Below the pieces are notes generated by a model, which saw only the letters and a list, made by a program, of their open reading frames with translations, made no database searches and had not been told where the DNA came from. A stretch of DNA of 63,984 nt, the filler included. It is 13 parts of 13 records of this genome, joined end to end, with 100 filler letters (N's around TTAATTAATTAA, not from the genome) between each part and the next. Parts side by side here need not be neighbours in the genome. Positions count along the whole stretch, not along the records: positions 33,454 to 39,170 come from SRR7504441_9726; positions 39,271 to 47,372 come from SRR7504441_9729; 11 more parts are not named here. The stretch is one strand, 5' to 3'. The position numbers and the translations under genes were made by a program. Of this stretch, positions 35,035 through 45,678 are shown piece after piece; position 1 is the first letter of the stretch; each line of letters begins with the position of its first letter.

Positions 35035-35895
35035 ATGGACCCAGGTCTGTTGCGGGTGCTCCAGGCCTGCGCTCCGGCGCTGCTGGCCCAGCTCCCAGCG
35101 GCCGGCGCGCTCCGGCTGTCCGTAGCGTCCGGTGAGCTGCGGGTGGTCCTGGTGGATCACCTGTCATCGGACCAGTTCAGGCGGTGGCTCGAGCGCGAGT
35201 TCCCTCTCGAGTTGGCCTTCCCCGCCGAGCTGCCCCCGCCGGACTGGCCCACCCGGCTCGCGCGCACCGCCCAGCGCTACGCGCACGCCGCCTCGCTCAT
35301 GCCTCGCTGGGCCAGCGTGGGGGATACGCTGGTGCCGGCTGGGCTGCTCGGATACGGCAGTTCGCCGCAGTACACCTGCGGAGGCATGGTCGCTCCAGTC
35401 GAGCCCGGTGAAGGCTGTGTGGAGGTATGTGTGCGGGCCCCAGCCGAGCCGGTGTGCGCTGCATTGGAGGGCGCGTACCAAGAGCTGATCGAGCTGTGCG
35501 ACGACGCTGGCGGAGACTTGTCTGACGACGCCCCGGAGCTGGCGGCCGCGCTCGAATGCCGTCACTCGCTGAGCAAGCTAGTTAGTCGCTCACCAGAACA
35601 TGCCTCAGACCTGATTGAGCGCTGGTTGAGTCGGCAGGCCTGCTCGGAACTGTTTTGCAACAGCTATCGGCTCCCCGGTAGTGCTGCGCCGTACCGGCTC
35701 CAGGAGTTGGCTGAGTTCAGGGCGGCGCAGCTTGTGCGGTACCCGGTGACCAAGGTGAGCTCTATCAGGCTGGTGGGCGGCGATCTTGAGCTGGTGGGGC
35801 TGTGCTCGCCTCACCGCGCGAGTTGCGATGATCTCGAATACAAATTCTGGGAGCGGAAGACGAAGAACCGAGCCAACCGATCGCGAACGACGTGA
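35035..35895 (+). CDS. Hypothetical protein
   Basis: 286-aa ATG-initiated ORF ending just before a TTAATTAA spacer. Confidence 0.55.
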   Translation: MDPGLLRVLQACAPALLAQLPAAGALRLSVASGELRVVLVDHLSSDQFRRWLEREFPLELAFPAELPPPDWPTRLARTAQRYAHAASLMPRWASVGDTLVPAGLLGYGSSPQYTCGGMVAPVEPGEGCVEVCVRAPAEPVCAALEGAYQELIELCDDAGGDLSDDAPELAAALECRHSLSKLVSRSPEHASDLIERWLSRQACSELFCNSYRLPGSAAPYRLQELAEFRAAQLVRYPVTKVSSIRLVGGDLELVGLCSPHRASCDDLEYKFWERKTKNRANRSRTT

Positions 35896-35948
35896 CAAAA
35901 TTAATTAACATGCATTTTCACGATAAGATATACTTTGTGGTAAATCTA

Positions 35949-37280
35949 TCAACGCAACCACTTGTGTAGGATTGCGAGCTCGTTTGCAAAACAAGTCGCT
36001 CCCCGTGGTTGACTCCGGTAGACACTTTGCAGCTGCTCCAGCGCCGCCATCACATCGGGCAAGACGCCCATGACCTCCAGTTTGCGCAGACACGCTGGAC
36101 AGAGCAAGAGCGGGACCGCCCGGCACTCGTCTATTCCATCTACGTTGTTCATCAAACACGGCTCGTTCTCACAACTTGCAAGCCCACAAGCCACTGCGAA
36201 ACAACCGCCGAGCAGCAGCTTGATGAAGCACCGTAGCCTTTCGTCGTCGCTCTCAAAGGCGGGCTCGTGAGTCAGCATGTACGTACTCAGTACGAAATGA
36301 TCCAAGTTCTGGTCCTCGCGATTTGAATACAGGTCACTGAAGCACCAGGCGAGCCCCGAGTCGCCGTCTTGGTCCCATGACCCAAGGTGAGCAGCCACGA
36401 TGTGTACGGTGGCCACATATTCTCGGCCAGTGGCCCGTGACGCTCCGAGCCCGGCATCGGCAAGTACACCCGAGTTCAGCTGCCACGCGCCGGTAGCTTC
36501 ACATCGCCGGACCTTAAACCCAGGCGGCACCAGCCATGTGTCCAGGGGCATGCTCCGGTCTCGCCGCTGCTCTAGTGCAAAGCTGCCGCGTGCTGGCAGG
36601 AAGCACGCCAACGCCTGTTCTGCCACCGCCAGCCATCGCGCAAGCACAGCCCCTTCGTGCACTGCAAGCCTATCATCGCCAGTCAGGTGCACCACCTCCA
36701 ACTGCAGCGCCCCGGCCGCGTAGATTCGCTGCTCTTCCACGGACGCCACGTGCGCGTGCACAGGCTCGGAGAACCACAGTCTGAAAGCTTCCTCGCTGCT
36801 TCGCCGCCGCCGCTGAAAGTACACAGAAAGCTCGGACTCGGGCGTTGGTGCTTTGGCCAGCTTGCCGGAGCGCATCCGTTTGCCCCGTCCTAGCCGACGC
36901 TTAGGCTCTACAGGAGCGGGCGGCCCCAGCAGGCGGTGCAGCCAGGGCGCGCGAGGCTCCAGGTAAGGGGCCAGGGCGCACCAGCCATCCCAGGCGGTGC
37001 TCAATTTGCCGAGTGCTGCCGCTGCACCAGAGCAGTCGGCGTCGATGGCCTCGACCAGGCGCTCGTACCGGGTGCACCACTGGCGCCACCGGCAGTACAG
37101 GCGGATGGCCAGTCCCGGACTCACTGCCCGGGTGCCGGGGGGCAGACAGGCCGGCCGCCACCGGTCGAGTCCAACTATCTGGTGCTGCCAGCTCGCACAG
37201 GCCGCCCGGCAGCAGAGCAGCAGCCGGCTGTCCAGCGACAGGAACACCCGCTCCAGCAGCTCGCGCCCCAGGAGCAACAT
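35949..37280 (-). CDS. F-box + archaemetzincin (peptidase M54)-like domain lacking the zinc motif
   Basis: LGRELLERVFLSLDSRLLLCCRAACASW (F-box); WQLNS..SDLY..CLMNNVDGIDECRAVPLLLCPACLRKL (M54 C-terminal Cys cluster). Confidence 0.75.
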   Translation of the reverse strand: MLLLGRELLERVFLSLDSRLLLCCRAACASWQHQIVGLDRWRPACLPPGTRAVSPGLAIRLYCRWRQWCTRYERLVEAIDADCSGAAAALGKLSTAWDGWCALAPYLEPRAPWLHRLLGPPAPVEPKRRLGRGKRMRSGKLAKAPTPESELSVYFQRRRRSSEEAFRLWFSEPVHAHVASVEEQRIYAAGALQLEVVHLTGDDRLAVHEGAVLARWLAVAEQALACFLPARGSFALEQRRDRSMPLDTWLVPPGFKVRRCEATGAWQLNSGVLADAGLGASRATGREYVATVHIVAAHLGSWDQDGDSGLAWCFSDLYSNREDQNLDHFVLSTYMLTHEPAFESDDERLRCFIKLLLGGCFAVACGLASCENEPCLMNNVDGIDECRAVPLLLCPACLRKLEVMGVLPDVMAALEQLQSVYRSQPRGATCFANELAILHKWLR

Positions 37281-37354
37281 CTGTAGGCCGGTCCATCTGG
37301 CAACGGAAAACCGTTACAGATTCTGGAGCCACGGATTTGCACACAAAGCGTCGC

Positions 37355-38878
37355 ATGCGGCCACTCTCAACTGGTGCGGCCCTCTTTGGCCTCTGGAACT
37401 TGGGCGCCGACGCCCAGCCCTCGCGCGTACCATGGTACCAGGAGTCGGCTGTCCTCGCCGCCAGCGACGGAACGGCCCAGGACCACTTTGGCCGGGCCGT
37501 TTCCCTGGACGGCGACACCGCCTTGGTCGCAGCAGAACAGGCGGATCCGGGAGGCGTGCAAGACGCTGGCGCGGCCTATGTGTTTGTCCTGTCTGATGGC
37601 GCATGGAGAGAGCAGGCCATCCTCACCGCCAGCGACTGCTGCGGCAGGTCCCCGGATCGATTTGGATATAATAGCGTATCGCTGGACGGGGACATCGCAG
37701 TAGTTGGAGCAGCCCAGGTGGACATCGGTGCCGCGGACGAGGTCGGGAAGGTCTATGTGTTCGTCCGGACCGGAACCACATGGGCCGAGCAGGCCATCTT
37801 GCAATTTCCCGGCAGTGGTTCGGTATCTCCTTGGTTCGGTAATGCTGTGGCAGTGAGTGGAACCACCCTCATCGCCGGGGCTCCGTACGCGACCGTCAAT
37901 GGCGTGGAGCATGGGGCGGCCTATATATTTGTCCAGTCTGGAACCGATTGGGGGTTGGAAGCCACTCTCATTCCCAGCGACGGAGCCGCTTCGGATATCT
38001 TCGGCTTCCACACTTCCGTCGCGTTGTCCTGCAGCGGGATCGCCTTCGTCGGCAGCCAAGATGCTGACGTGAACGGGCTTGCTGATGCTGGGAAAGTCTA
38101 CGTGTACACCCGGACCGGAACCACATGGGCGCAGCAGCAGGTGTTGACCGCAAGTGTTCCCAGTGCGAACGCCAACTTTGGCCGTGATGTTGCTTTGGGG
38201 AGGTCTTCTCGGGAGGGGGTGTCTCGGCACGCTATTATCGGGGCCTACCACGAAACTAGCAATGGCCTAACCGAAGCGGGAAGCGCCTACGTGTTTGAAC
38301 AGTCGGAGTCCCAAGGCGTTTGGACACAGCAACAGGTGCTGACTGCAAGTGATGCCGTGGCGGGTGACAAGTTTGGTGGGGCCGTATCAGTGGACGGCGG
38401 TACTGCTGTGATCGGTGCGTTCGACAGAGGCGTATCCGAATCTGGACAGGCCTACGTGTTTCTCCAGTCAGGTGACACCTGGTATCAACAAACTATCCTT
38501 GAGCCTAGTCAGAGAGTTCAAAACCTAAGATTCGGGATTTCGGTGGCGGTCAGCGGGCCGAACGCTCTGATTGGAGCGTACAATGAGTTCGCCGTCGCAG
38601 ATCCCACGGGCCTAGTCGGCGGGCGGGCGTACATTTTTGGCGGCAATGTTCCGGGCCCAGCAGAAGACAGCTGGGTGTGGATAGTAGTCGGGTGCACAGT
38701 GGGAGCTGCATGCATTGCCTTTGCAGCTGTCTTAGCGTACTTGATCTTCCAAAAAACACAGGCCCCGGAGCCGGCGCAGCAATCTCAACCGGATCCTGAA
38801 AAGGCCGCTCACTTCTCTTCGCAAGACTCGGACACACCCGGACCGGTACAGCCTACGCAACCGCCGCCGCCGATGTAA
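37355..38878 (+). CDS. FG-GAP repeat beta-propeller type I membrane protein
   Basis: Signal peptide; seven L.ASD..D.FG.AV..G.TA..GA..G.AYVF repeats; TM WVWIVVGCTVGAACIAFAAVLAYLIF; Pro/Gln tail. Confidence 0.88.
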   Translation: MRPLSTGAALFGLWNLGADAQPSRVPWYQESAVLAASDGTAQDHFGRAVSLDGDTALVAAEQADPGGVQDAGAAYVFVLSDGAWREQAILTASDCCGRSPDRFGYNSVSLDGDIAVVGAAQVDIGAADEVGKVYVFVRTGTTWAEQAILQFPGSGSVSPWFGNAVAVSGTTLIAGAPYATVNGVEHGAAYIFVQSGTDWGLEATLIPSDGAASDIFGFHTSVALSCSGIAFVGSQDADVNGLADAGKVYVYTRTGTTWAQQQVLTASVPSANANFGRDVALGRSSREGVSRHAIIGAYHETSNGLTEAGSAYVFEQSESQGVWTQQQVLTASDAVAGDKFGGAVSVDGGTAVIGAFDRGVSESGQAYVFLQSGDTWYQQTILEPSQRVQNLRFGISVAVSGPNALIGAYNEFAVADPTGLVGGRAYIFGGNVPGPAEDSWVWIVVGCTVGAACIAFAAVLAYLIFQKTQAPEPAQQSQPDPEKAAHFSSQDSDTPGPVQPTQPPPPM

Positions 38879-39270
38879 CCGAAACCGGCGAATGGCGGCG
38901 ATGATGATTACGCCCTATGTGCTAGCAGTCCAGCCTACCGCTTCCAGTTGAGGTTCGGGTGTATAGGTCCCAGGGGATGCTGATGAGCAGCATCAACTTT
39001 GAGATACTCATACTCTTGAGAGATGCATTTATCACTCCCGAGGCGACTCTCAATTACGAGGGTACGTAAGCTTACATGATTGTACGCTATAAGTACTTTA
39101 TTATTATATTATAATTAGTAAGACGGATACAATAAAGACGTAGACACTGAAATCATATATTTAATGAATCNNNNNNNNNNNNNNNNNNNNNNNNNNNNNN
39201 NNNNNNNNNNNNNNTTAATTAATTAANNNNNNNNNNNNNNNNNNNNNNNNNNNNNNNNNNNNNNNNNNNN

Positions 39271-40471
39271 GTCGCCGTTTGGAAAATCGTTGTGCGATAC
39301 AATTGATTCCTCCCGTGAATACCTCCCTTGTTGCAAAGCCCGGATCCAATACTCATCATCAAGACACATGGACAAAGCTCGAGGCCGTTGGCGTTGCTCT
39401 AACACAACCTTTTGCAATGCGAGCACCGCTTCTCCTCCCTTGGTACCGGTCATTTGCTTTATAGTGGGTAAAAAACCTGCAGCCCCACGGTCAGCCAGAA
39501 ACTAATCGCAGGAGCCAGTTACCGCCAGGGTCCACACACGACAGCCACTTCACGGTACATTTCCCTGGGATCTCGGGGTGAGGAGTTATGAAAGTGCACT
39601 GCATTACTATCGTGCCCCTGACGTACTTCCGGATCTCAGGCCGCAGCTCACTTGCCACATCCGTCGGTACCGAAACGCGCACCACCGTTGCAGTCGATTC
39701 TTCCGACTCCAATTGCGGGATCCATTGACAGCACACAAAGTCCCGATCCTTTACAATCGGGAGCTTGACTCCTATCCACATCAAGCAAACCCGTGGGTGC
39801 GGTCTCTCAAGCACCTCGGTCTGGGTCCCCTTGGGACCTCCATCTCCCTGCTCCAACACCGCGACAATATCTTCGCGCGAAGCATTCATCGTGCACTGCA
39901 CGCGCACCAAAACGTTACTATCGTACTCAGATACCTCCACCACGCAGTCCTCCAGCCCCTTGACCTGGGCCAACCGACTCCACTCCAGGGAGGGGTCGTC
40001 GTCCCCCTCCACAGCCTTTGCTAGCGCCTGCTTTGCCGCGGCTGTGTAGTGTTTCCAGGGTCCCATGCTCGAATCCCCGAGCGCTGCTGGGGTCTGAATG
40101 GCCCTGCCAGGGATCTCTCCCGACTGGCTGTGTGGGTCTGACAGCGATCGCCTCCTCAACCGTTGGCGAGCCGGTGGACTGGGTCGAGCAAAGCAACTCC
40201 TAGGGCCTCGGCTGGGGCTCAGCGGCACGCCGAGGATGTCTTGGTCCTCGGAGGCCGCGGAGGTTGGGTGGTATTGCACCCTGGCCTTGCGGGTGCTCAC
40301 TGCCAATGGAGCTGCCCGTTTGTATGCAGGGTCATGAGGCGGTGTGACATCTGCGGCAGAGTATGCCGGCAGGAAGTCTGTGCCCATTCCGGGCACCCCA
40401 GGGGGCGAGCCCAGGCTCTGGACCGGGGTCGACGCTGACCCGCACTTGCCACAGCACAGCTGCCCCCCCAT
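39271..40471 (-). CDS. START-domain lipid-binding protein with N-terminal acylation motif, 3' truncated
   Basis: MGGQLCCGKCGS; LPIVKDRDFV..YVRGTI..SCVDPG|GFLP. Confidence 0.8.
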
Positions 40472-40548
40472 GCTGGCCGCGCAACCCTTGCAGCTGCCTG
40501 GGGCCCCCTTGAGCCCAAATAAAATCCTGCAAGGTCACAAGAAGAGCG

Positions 40549-41067
40549 ATGCAGTCGCCTTCACCTGGCCGCTTACTCGACCAGCTGTCGGCCCGGCTCG
40601 GCGATATCCGGCGGCAGGCCGAGCAGGCTGAGCAGCGGCTGCTAGAGATCCTGGCCGACCCGTCCGCCCCACCGGACCCCGACCAAATGAGCCGAGCTAA
40701 CAGCGGGGTGGCCTACTGGCTGGCCTTGGCCAAGCAGATAGAAATCGCCATCCAGGTGGAGCAAAGCAGGCCGGTGGTCCAGCCGCTCCCGCCGCCCAGG
40801 CCCGCCCGCCGGCGCGAAAACGCCCGAACTCGCGTCAATGAAGCGCCGAGCGAGCCGGAGCTCGAGCCGCCGGTGGTGTGGAGTCAGTCGCCGCGGGAAT
40901 CGACCGCCGGGAACAGTCGGGCGCCAAGCGGCCCGAGTGAGCCTGGGTCGGGCTGGTGCCCGCCCGGCAGGACGCTGGTGAGCCCGACAACGGGTCGCGC
41001 GCGGGGGGCGGGGCAGGCACCGCTGGCGGTCCAGCAGGCGCAGCCCATAATAATTTGGCGCTTTTGA
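40549..41067 (+). CDS. Small hypothetical protein
   Basis: Helical N-terminus. Two GTGAGC..GCAG intron-like segments near 40937-41016 show + strand polarity. Stop is at 41050 or 41067 depending on splicing. Confidence 0.5.
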   Translation: MQSPSPGRLLDQLSARLGDIRRQAEQAEQRLLEILADPSAPPDPDQMSRANSGVAYWLALAKQIEIAIQVEQSRPVVQPLPPPRPARRRENARTRVNEAPSEPELEPPVVWSQSPRESTAGNSRAPSGPSEPGSGWCPPGRTLVSPTTGRARGAGQAPLAVQQAQPIIIWRF

Positions 41068-44000
41068 GCCAGCTCCGATCGGCGGAATGATGAATGGCGC
41101 GTAATAGTGGCGATATCTACTTAGTGTACATTCTGCGGGGACGATGAAAGATATGGTCTCCTCTTTTTGCGGGTTGTAACCCAGGCTACTTGATCCTGGG
41201 ATCGTCATCTGAATTGAGGTCCTGAAGAAATTGACATCCCAGTTTTTATATGTGCTCTCTGTCCCATCGAGATTCTTGAGCAACGGTACTACAATCTGCA
41301 TGAAGCCGCTGGCCACATAGGGTTGGTTTGGAGAATGAATCTCATTCACCATTGCCCTAATGCATTCCTTGCTCTTATCTGCGTACCGATCTCCACGGAT
41401 ATCAAACCTGAAGTTGTAACTTCCTCCGGTGCCAACGTTCTCAGCCGAAAGTGAGGTCATGATGCTACCAGATACGGGTGGCCTTACGATGAATTTGCCA
41501 ATTGAATGACTAAATCCTTTTGTAGTAACTTCCCCTGGTATGGTGATGGTGACGGTTTCGGCAGTGACAACATCATACTCTTGGTTTCCGATGAAATCAA
41601 CGTTGAGTACTGTATTATTGTTTGTGGCGTACACCTTCGATAGATTTAGGTAGAGATCTTCCTTTGTCAGATCCTTGAATTTGTACTCGCCCTTAGCGTG
41701 CCTCTCCGGGTCGTTGCCTGTCACAACAAAGTTGTCAACTATGATTCTCTTTCGCTCATCAGTCATTTCCAGAAGCTGATCTCCGGCAAGGAAGATTTGC
41801 ATTGAGGTGTTTAGATTCTTGAAATCATTCACAAGCGGCCTTGAATACATATCACCAGTAACATTTTCCGTATTCCAGCATACTCCTATTGGATCACGCC
41901 GTATGTAAAACTGAGCACCAAACGGATATGCAGAACCGTACTCTGTCAAAGATGATGGAATAGAAATGACTATAGTTTCGGGTTCTGGAATAGAGTAGTT
42001 CATGGCACCAAGCTCGGGTAGTGTGATTTCAATCGAATCTCGCGTTGAAGCAGCTTGAATTCTATGAAGACCCTGCTCAGATCGCAAATAAGGTTTGAGC
42101 GAGGTCTCGAAACCAGCTTCGAATACATTTGTGGAAAGAAGGTTATCAATCAAGAGATTCTTGTTTTCGTTGGTCATTTCTAGGAAACGGTCCCCAGCAA
42201 TCCTTAAGTTGAGTGTCTGCCCTCCCTTTTGAATATCATTGCTGGTTGGTCGAGCAGGATACTCGCTAAGCACTGTGCCAGACGTCAGAAACACCATTTG
42301 AATTTCACGATGCTCAAGCTGCTTGCCCCAAGCTTGACGCATGGCTGCTATTCGGTCCGCGTAGTAGACTAGCAAAGAGCGTGAAACATCTGAGAAGAAC
42401 AGACCGGGCTGTGTTATCGCTGTCAGAATATTTTGTGTGTTGTAGCTCACAATTATAGACTCCAATTCATCCACCTTAGCATTCATGGCATCAATTCTTG
42501 AAATGAACACAGCCCTTGTCAATTGGTCAAACTGCATGTCGCGTGTATATAAATCGTAGACAGCGTCTTTGTATCCTTGCGCATTGGAGAGCTTTACCTT
42601 TTTCGCTGGGGGCACTATATTAGAATGGTTGCTGACAACAGAGGGAACCTTGAGTAGGAATGCAGCCCTGGTGGCGACCGCAAGATAAAAGTAAAGCCCT
42701 TCTTGAAGGACACTAGCTTTGATCATCTGAAATGCAGCGTTTACGTTTGAGATGCACTGCTGAATCACTGCCTTGCTGAGCCGTGTGCGATTTAGTTGCA
42801 GTTCGATGTGATATGCATCTTTAAGGCCATTGAAGATCGGGTAAACATTCAAATAGAAGTCATTTAGGAGAGTTAAAGTAAGCTCTGGATCGGTGGATGC
42901 TGCTATTTTTTCTGGGATGGCCCTGTATGCTAGCATAGCGCTCTCCTCCCAAGGTTGTATCATTCCTTCAGCAAACTGTTGGTGCAGCGGGGTTGCTCTC
43001 ATCCAGGTCTGGTTGCGCCTAATATTTTTTGCCCATAGCAAGGTACCATTATGGCCTGCACGATTGGCCCACATGAGATGCCGTGTTGAGTTGTACTTCT
43101 TAATCATGATGTCAGTTCCTCCTGGACTTTTGAGCGGTGCTCGCTTCACCTTGAAGCAATGCAGTACATCATCCGTCCTGAGTCGCACGACTTGCCAGTA
43201 CGGGTTGCCGAGCTGGTCCTTGAAATGAGCTATTTCAATGGTGGCAGCAAGGCCAAGAAGATGCATGGGCACATCATAAGTTGGGACTGTTATCACAAGC
43301 TGGCTTGGTGAAACAAAATTTGCTTTGCCTACATGCACTCGCCCATCCTCAACAGTCAAACGGAACGTCAAGTCTGACGAATTCACAAAGTACTTGCCCT
43401 CAATGAGAACACCCGAGCCTTGCAGGCACGACACCTTTGTGACATTGATCCCGTAGTAGATTGCTGCAACTGCGCACATGACCAACACAATCAACGCAGT
43501 GGAAAGATGACACTGGCCTAGATGGGACACACCGTAAACAAATCGGACGGGGTTTGAAACCGCGTCTTTGTTGTTGTAGTGCAGCGTCAACGAAGCGGTC
43601 ACGTTCTTATTTGTGAACGGGATTCGGGGGGGCTGAAAGCGCAAGACACGCGGAGAAATGAACGTCACGTTGAGCTTGTGGACAGTGCCTTCGATTGTGA
43701 CCTCCACATGCGAGTGTGATACGTTGATAAAGCTGCCTGGATCGGTTCCAGTGGGCCCAGATAGGTAGAGCTCTTGTTCCTGTTTGTAAGGAATGTACTC
43801 AGGACTGATCCTGTGAATTACAGGAGTTCCTGCAGGCACCCGATCGACTTAGGCACAGGCAAGGTGCTACGGTGGTTAGCAGTGCCACACACCGCAACCA
43901 AGCACGATGGCCACGGACTTCTCAATGACCATGAACTGTGGGCAGTCCATCCCGTAGTTACTCGAATTGGGCAAGTGAGAGCACTTTTGAAATCCCAGGC

Positions 44001-44507
44001 ACCGAGCTGCGGTGATGGCCGCGCTCTGGACAGCATGGCATTTGCCGACTGTGAATGTGTTGAAAGGACTATCCTTCCGACAGATCCGAGTCGGGAGGGG
44101 CACCGGACGCTCTTCGCCCGACTTTTGGTGATAGTTGGCAGGGCAGCCTCCGGACCACCCGGCTGGCACCCCCACGCTGGCAAAGTCCACCTGCATGACT
44201 GCCGTCCCCGTTGGACAAGTCGTGGTGAGGTCGTCGAACGTGTAGTTCGAATCAACGTACAAAGGGCTGTCGGCCGGCCGCCCGTACCAGTCCGCCACGT
44301 AGCTAATTGCCACCGCGGAGCCGCTGTAAAAGCTGGGCCGGTAGCGGTTGGGGTCGTCGGCATACGGCACTTTGAGCGGATCGAACCGGTCCAGCAGGTT
44401 GGGGTCAGCGGCGCCTGCAGCACCCAAACTCAAGTTGGGGGGCTCAGAATCGCACCACCTAGCGCAAGCCGGCCCAACCAGCAGAGCAGCAGCGCCCGAG
44501 CGCGCAT
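40642..44507 (-). CDS. Large secreted protein: signal peptide, SUEL/galactose-binding lectin, IPT/TIG-like, helical region, three tandem beta-rich repeats; true 3' end uncertain
   Basis: MRARALLLCWLGRLALG|. CPTG..VDFASVG.P.G..C..CHA..CLG..C..YGMDC. An in-frame 63-nt intron at 43532-43470. Repeats IAGDRF/LAGDQL/IRGDRY each followed by Y....ET(I/V)...(I/V)P. Confidence 0.75.
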
Positions 44508-44668
44508 CGCCGAGCGGAGGTGCTCCGAGCGCCCCCCTGGCCGATCAAGCCGTCTCGGAGGTCCCGGCCGCCTCGCGCGAGCTCGGCCTCATCACCCCCT
44601 ATCCCTGTGTGCCGTGTGGCTGATTTTTTTTTTATTGATTTATTGCAATAATCGACTCTGGGACTGAC

Positions 44669-45465
44669 ATGGGGCGGCTCGTGGTGTTCTTGCTGGGACT
44701 GCTGGCGGCGGCGTGCGGGGCCGAGCAGTGGGCGGGCGGGCTGGCCGTGGGGCCTGAGCGCGCGGCCAGGGCCGCTCCGGTCCGCGAGCGAATCGAGGGC
44801 AGGATCCGGGCCGGGGCCGGTGGGCTGGCGCTGGTTCGCGGGCCGACCGGGCGGCTCAGGACGTCCGAGCGAGATGCGCGTCCACCTGAACGGCGGGGAG
44901 CGGGTGGCCGTCGTTCGACAGGACGGCAGGTGCCGGCTCGGGCCGGCCAGGCCTGAGCTGGGGCCTAGCTTCGTCTTCCACGAGGTGCCGGCGGCGGCGT
45001 ACTTACTGGAGGTTGTGTCGAGTGAACTGCAATTCGAGCAGGCACCCGCCCACTCCTCGGCCGGGCCTCAGCCGGGGCGGCACAGGTGCGGGTCCGTGTG
45101 ACGCGCGGCGCCGGGGTCCAGGCCACGCTGGCGGCCGACTCGAGAGTTGCAGTGCAGCATCCACTTTTCCTCGAGCCCAAGGGCCGGACCCAGTACTTCG
45201 AGGCGCCGGCGGGGGCTGGGCCGGGGCGAGGGTGCGGGCAGGTGCGCGAGCCGCTCAGCCTGGGTTTTATTTTTAAGAACCCGATGGTGCTGATGATGGG
45301 CGTGACGATGCTGATGGTGATGGTGCTGCCCAAGATGATCGGTGGAGTTGCGGCCCCGGGCAGGGGCCAGCGGCCGGGGCAGATCCGGAGCAGATGAAGG
45401 AGATGCAGGAGCAGATGAAGGAGACGATCGATGACACCAAGGCCGTCGGGTCCTCGAAGAAATGA
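44669..45465 (+). CDS. EMC7: ER membrane protein complex subunit 7
   Basis: Signal peptide; VRQDG|SFVFHEVP..YLLEV..FEQ|VRVRV..QYFE|VREPLSLGFIFKNPMVLMMGVTMLMVMVLPKMI|DPEQMKEM; six introns, two GC-AG. Confidence 0.88.
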
Positions 45466-45678
45466 GTGCAATACGTTCGATCATACGAGTAGGATGCTCG
45501 CCGATTAGTCGTAATCCGACCTGGTGAGCACAGGCTCTCGTTTACATGTGTCAGTACTAAAGCGTATGTAGTGCTGATTCAGCTGTGCGCATTCAAGCGG
45601 CTACATTACGGCATATTCCACGTATATCGCTTTGAACAGTCATCCCAAGATCAGCCACGGCCCGCTCTGGCCGGGCTT

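Noticed and set aside
43470-43532. Hydrophobic stretch looking like a TM helix in the 1065-aa ORF
   Set aside because: Better explained as an in-frame 63-nt GT-AG intron.
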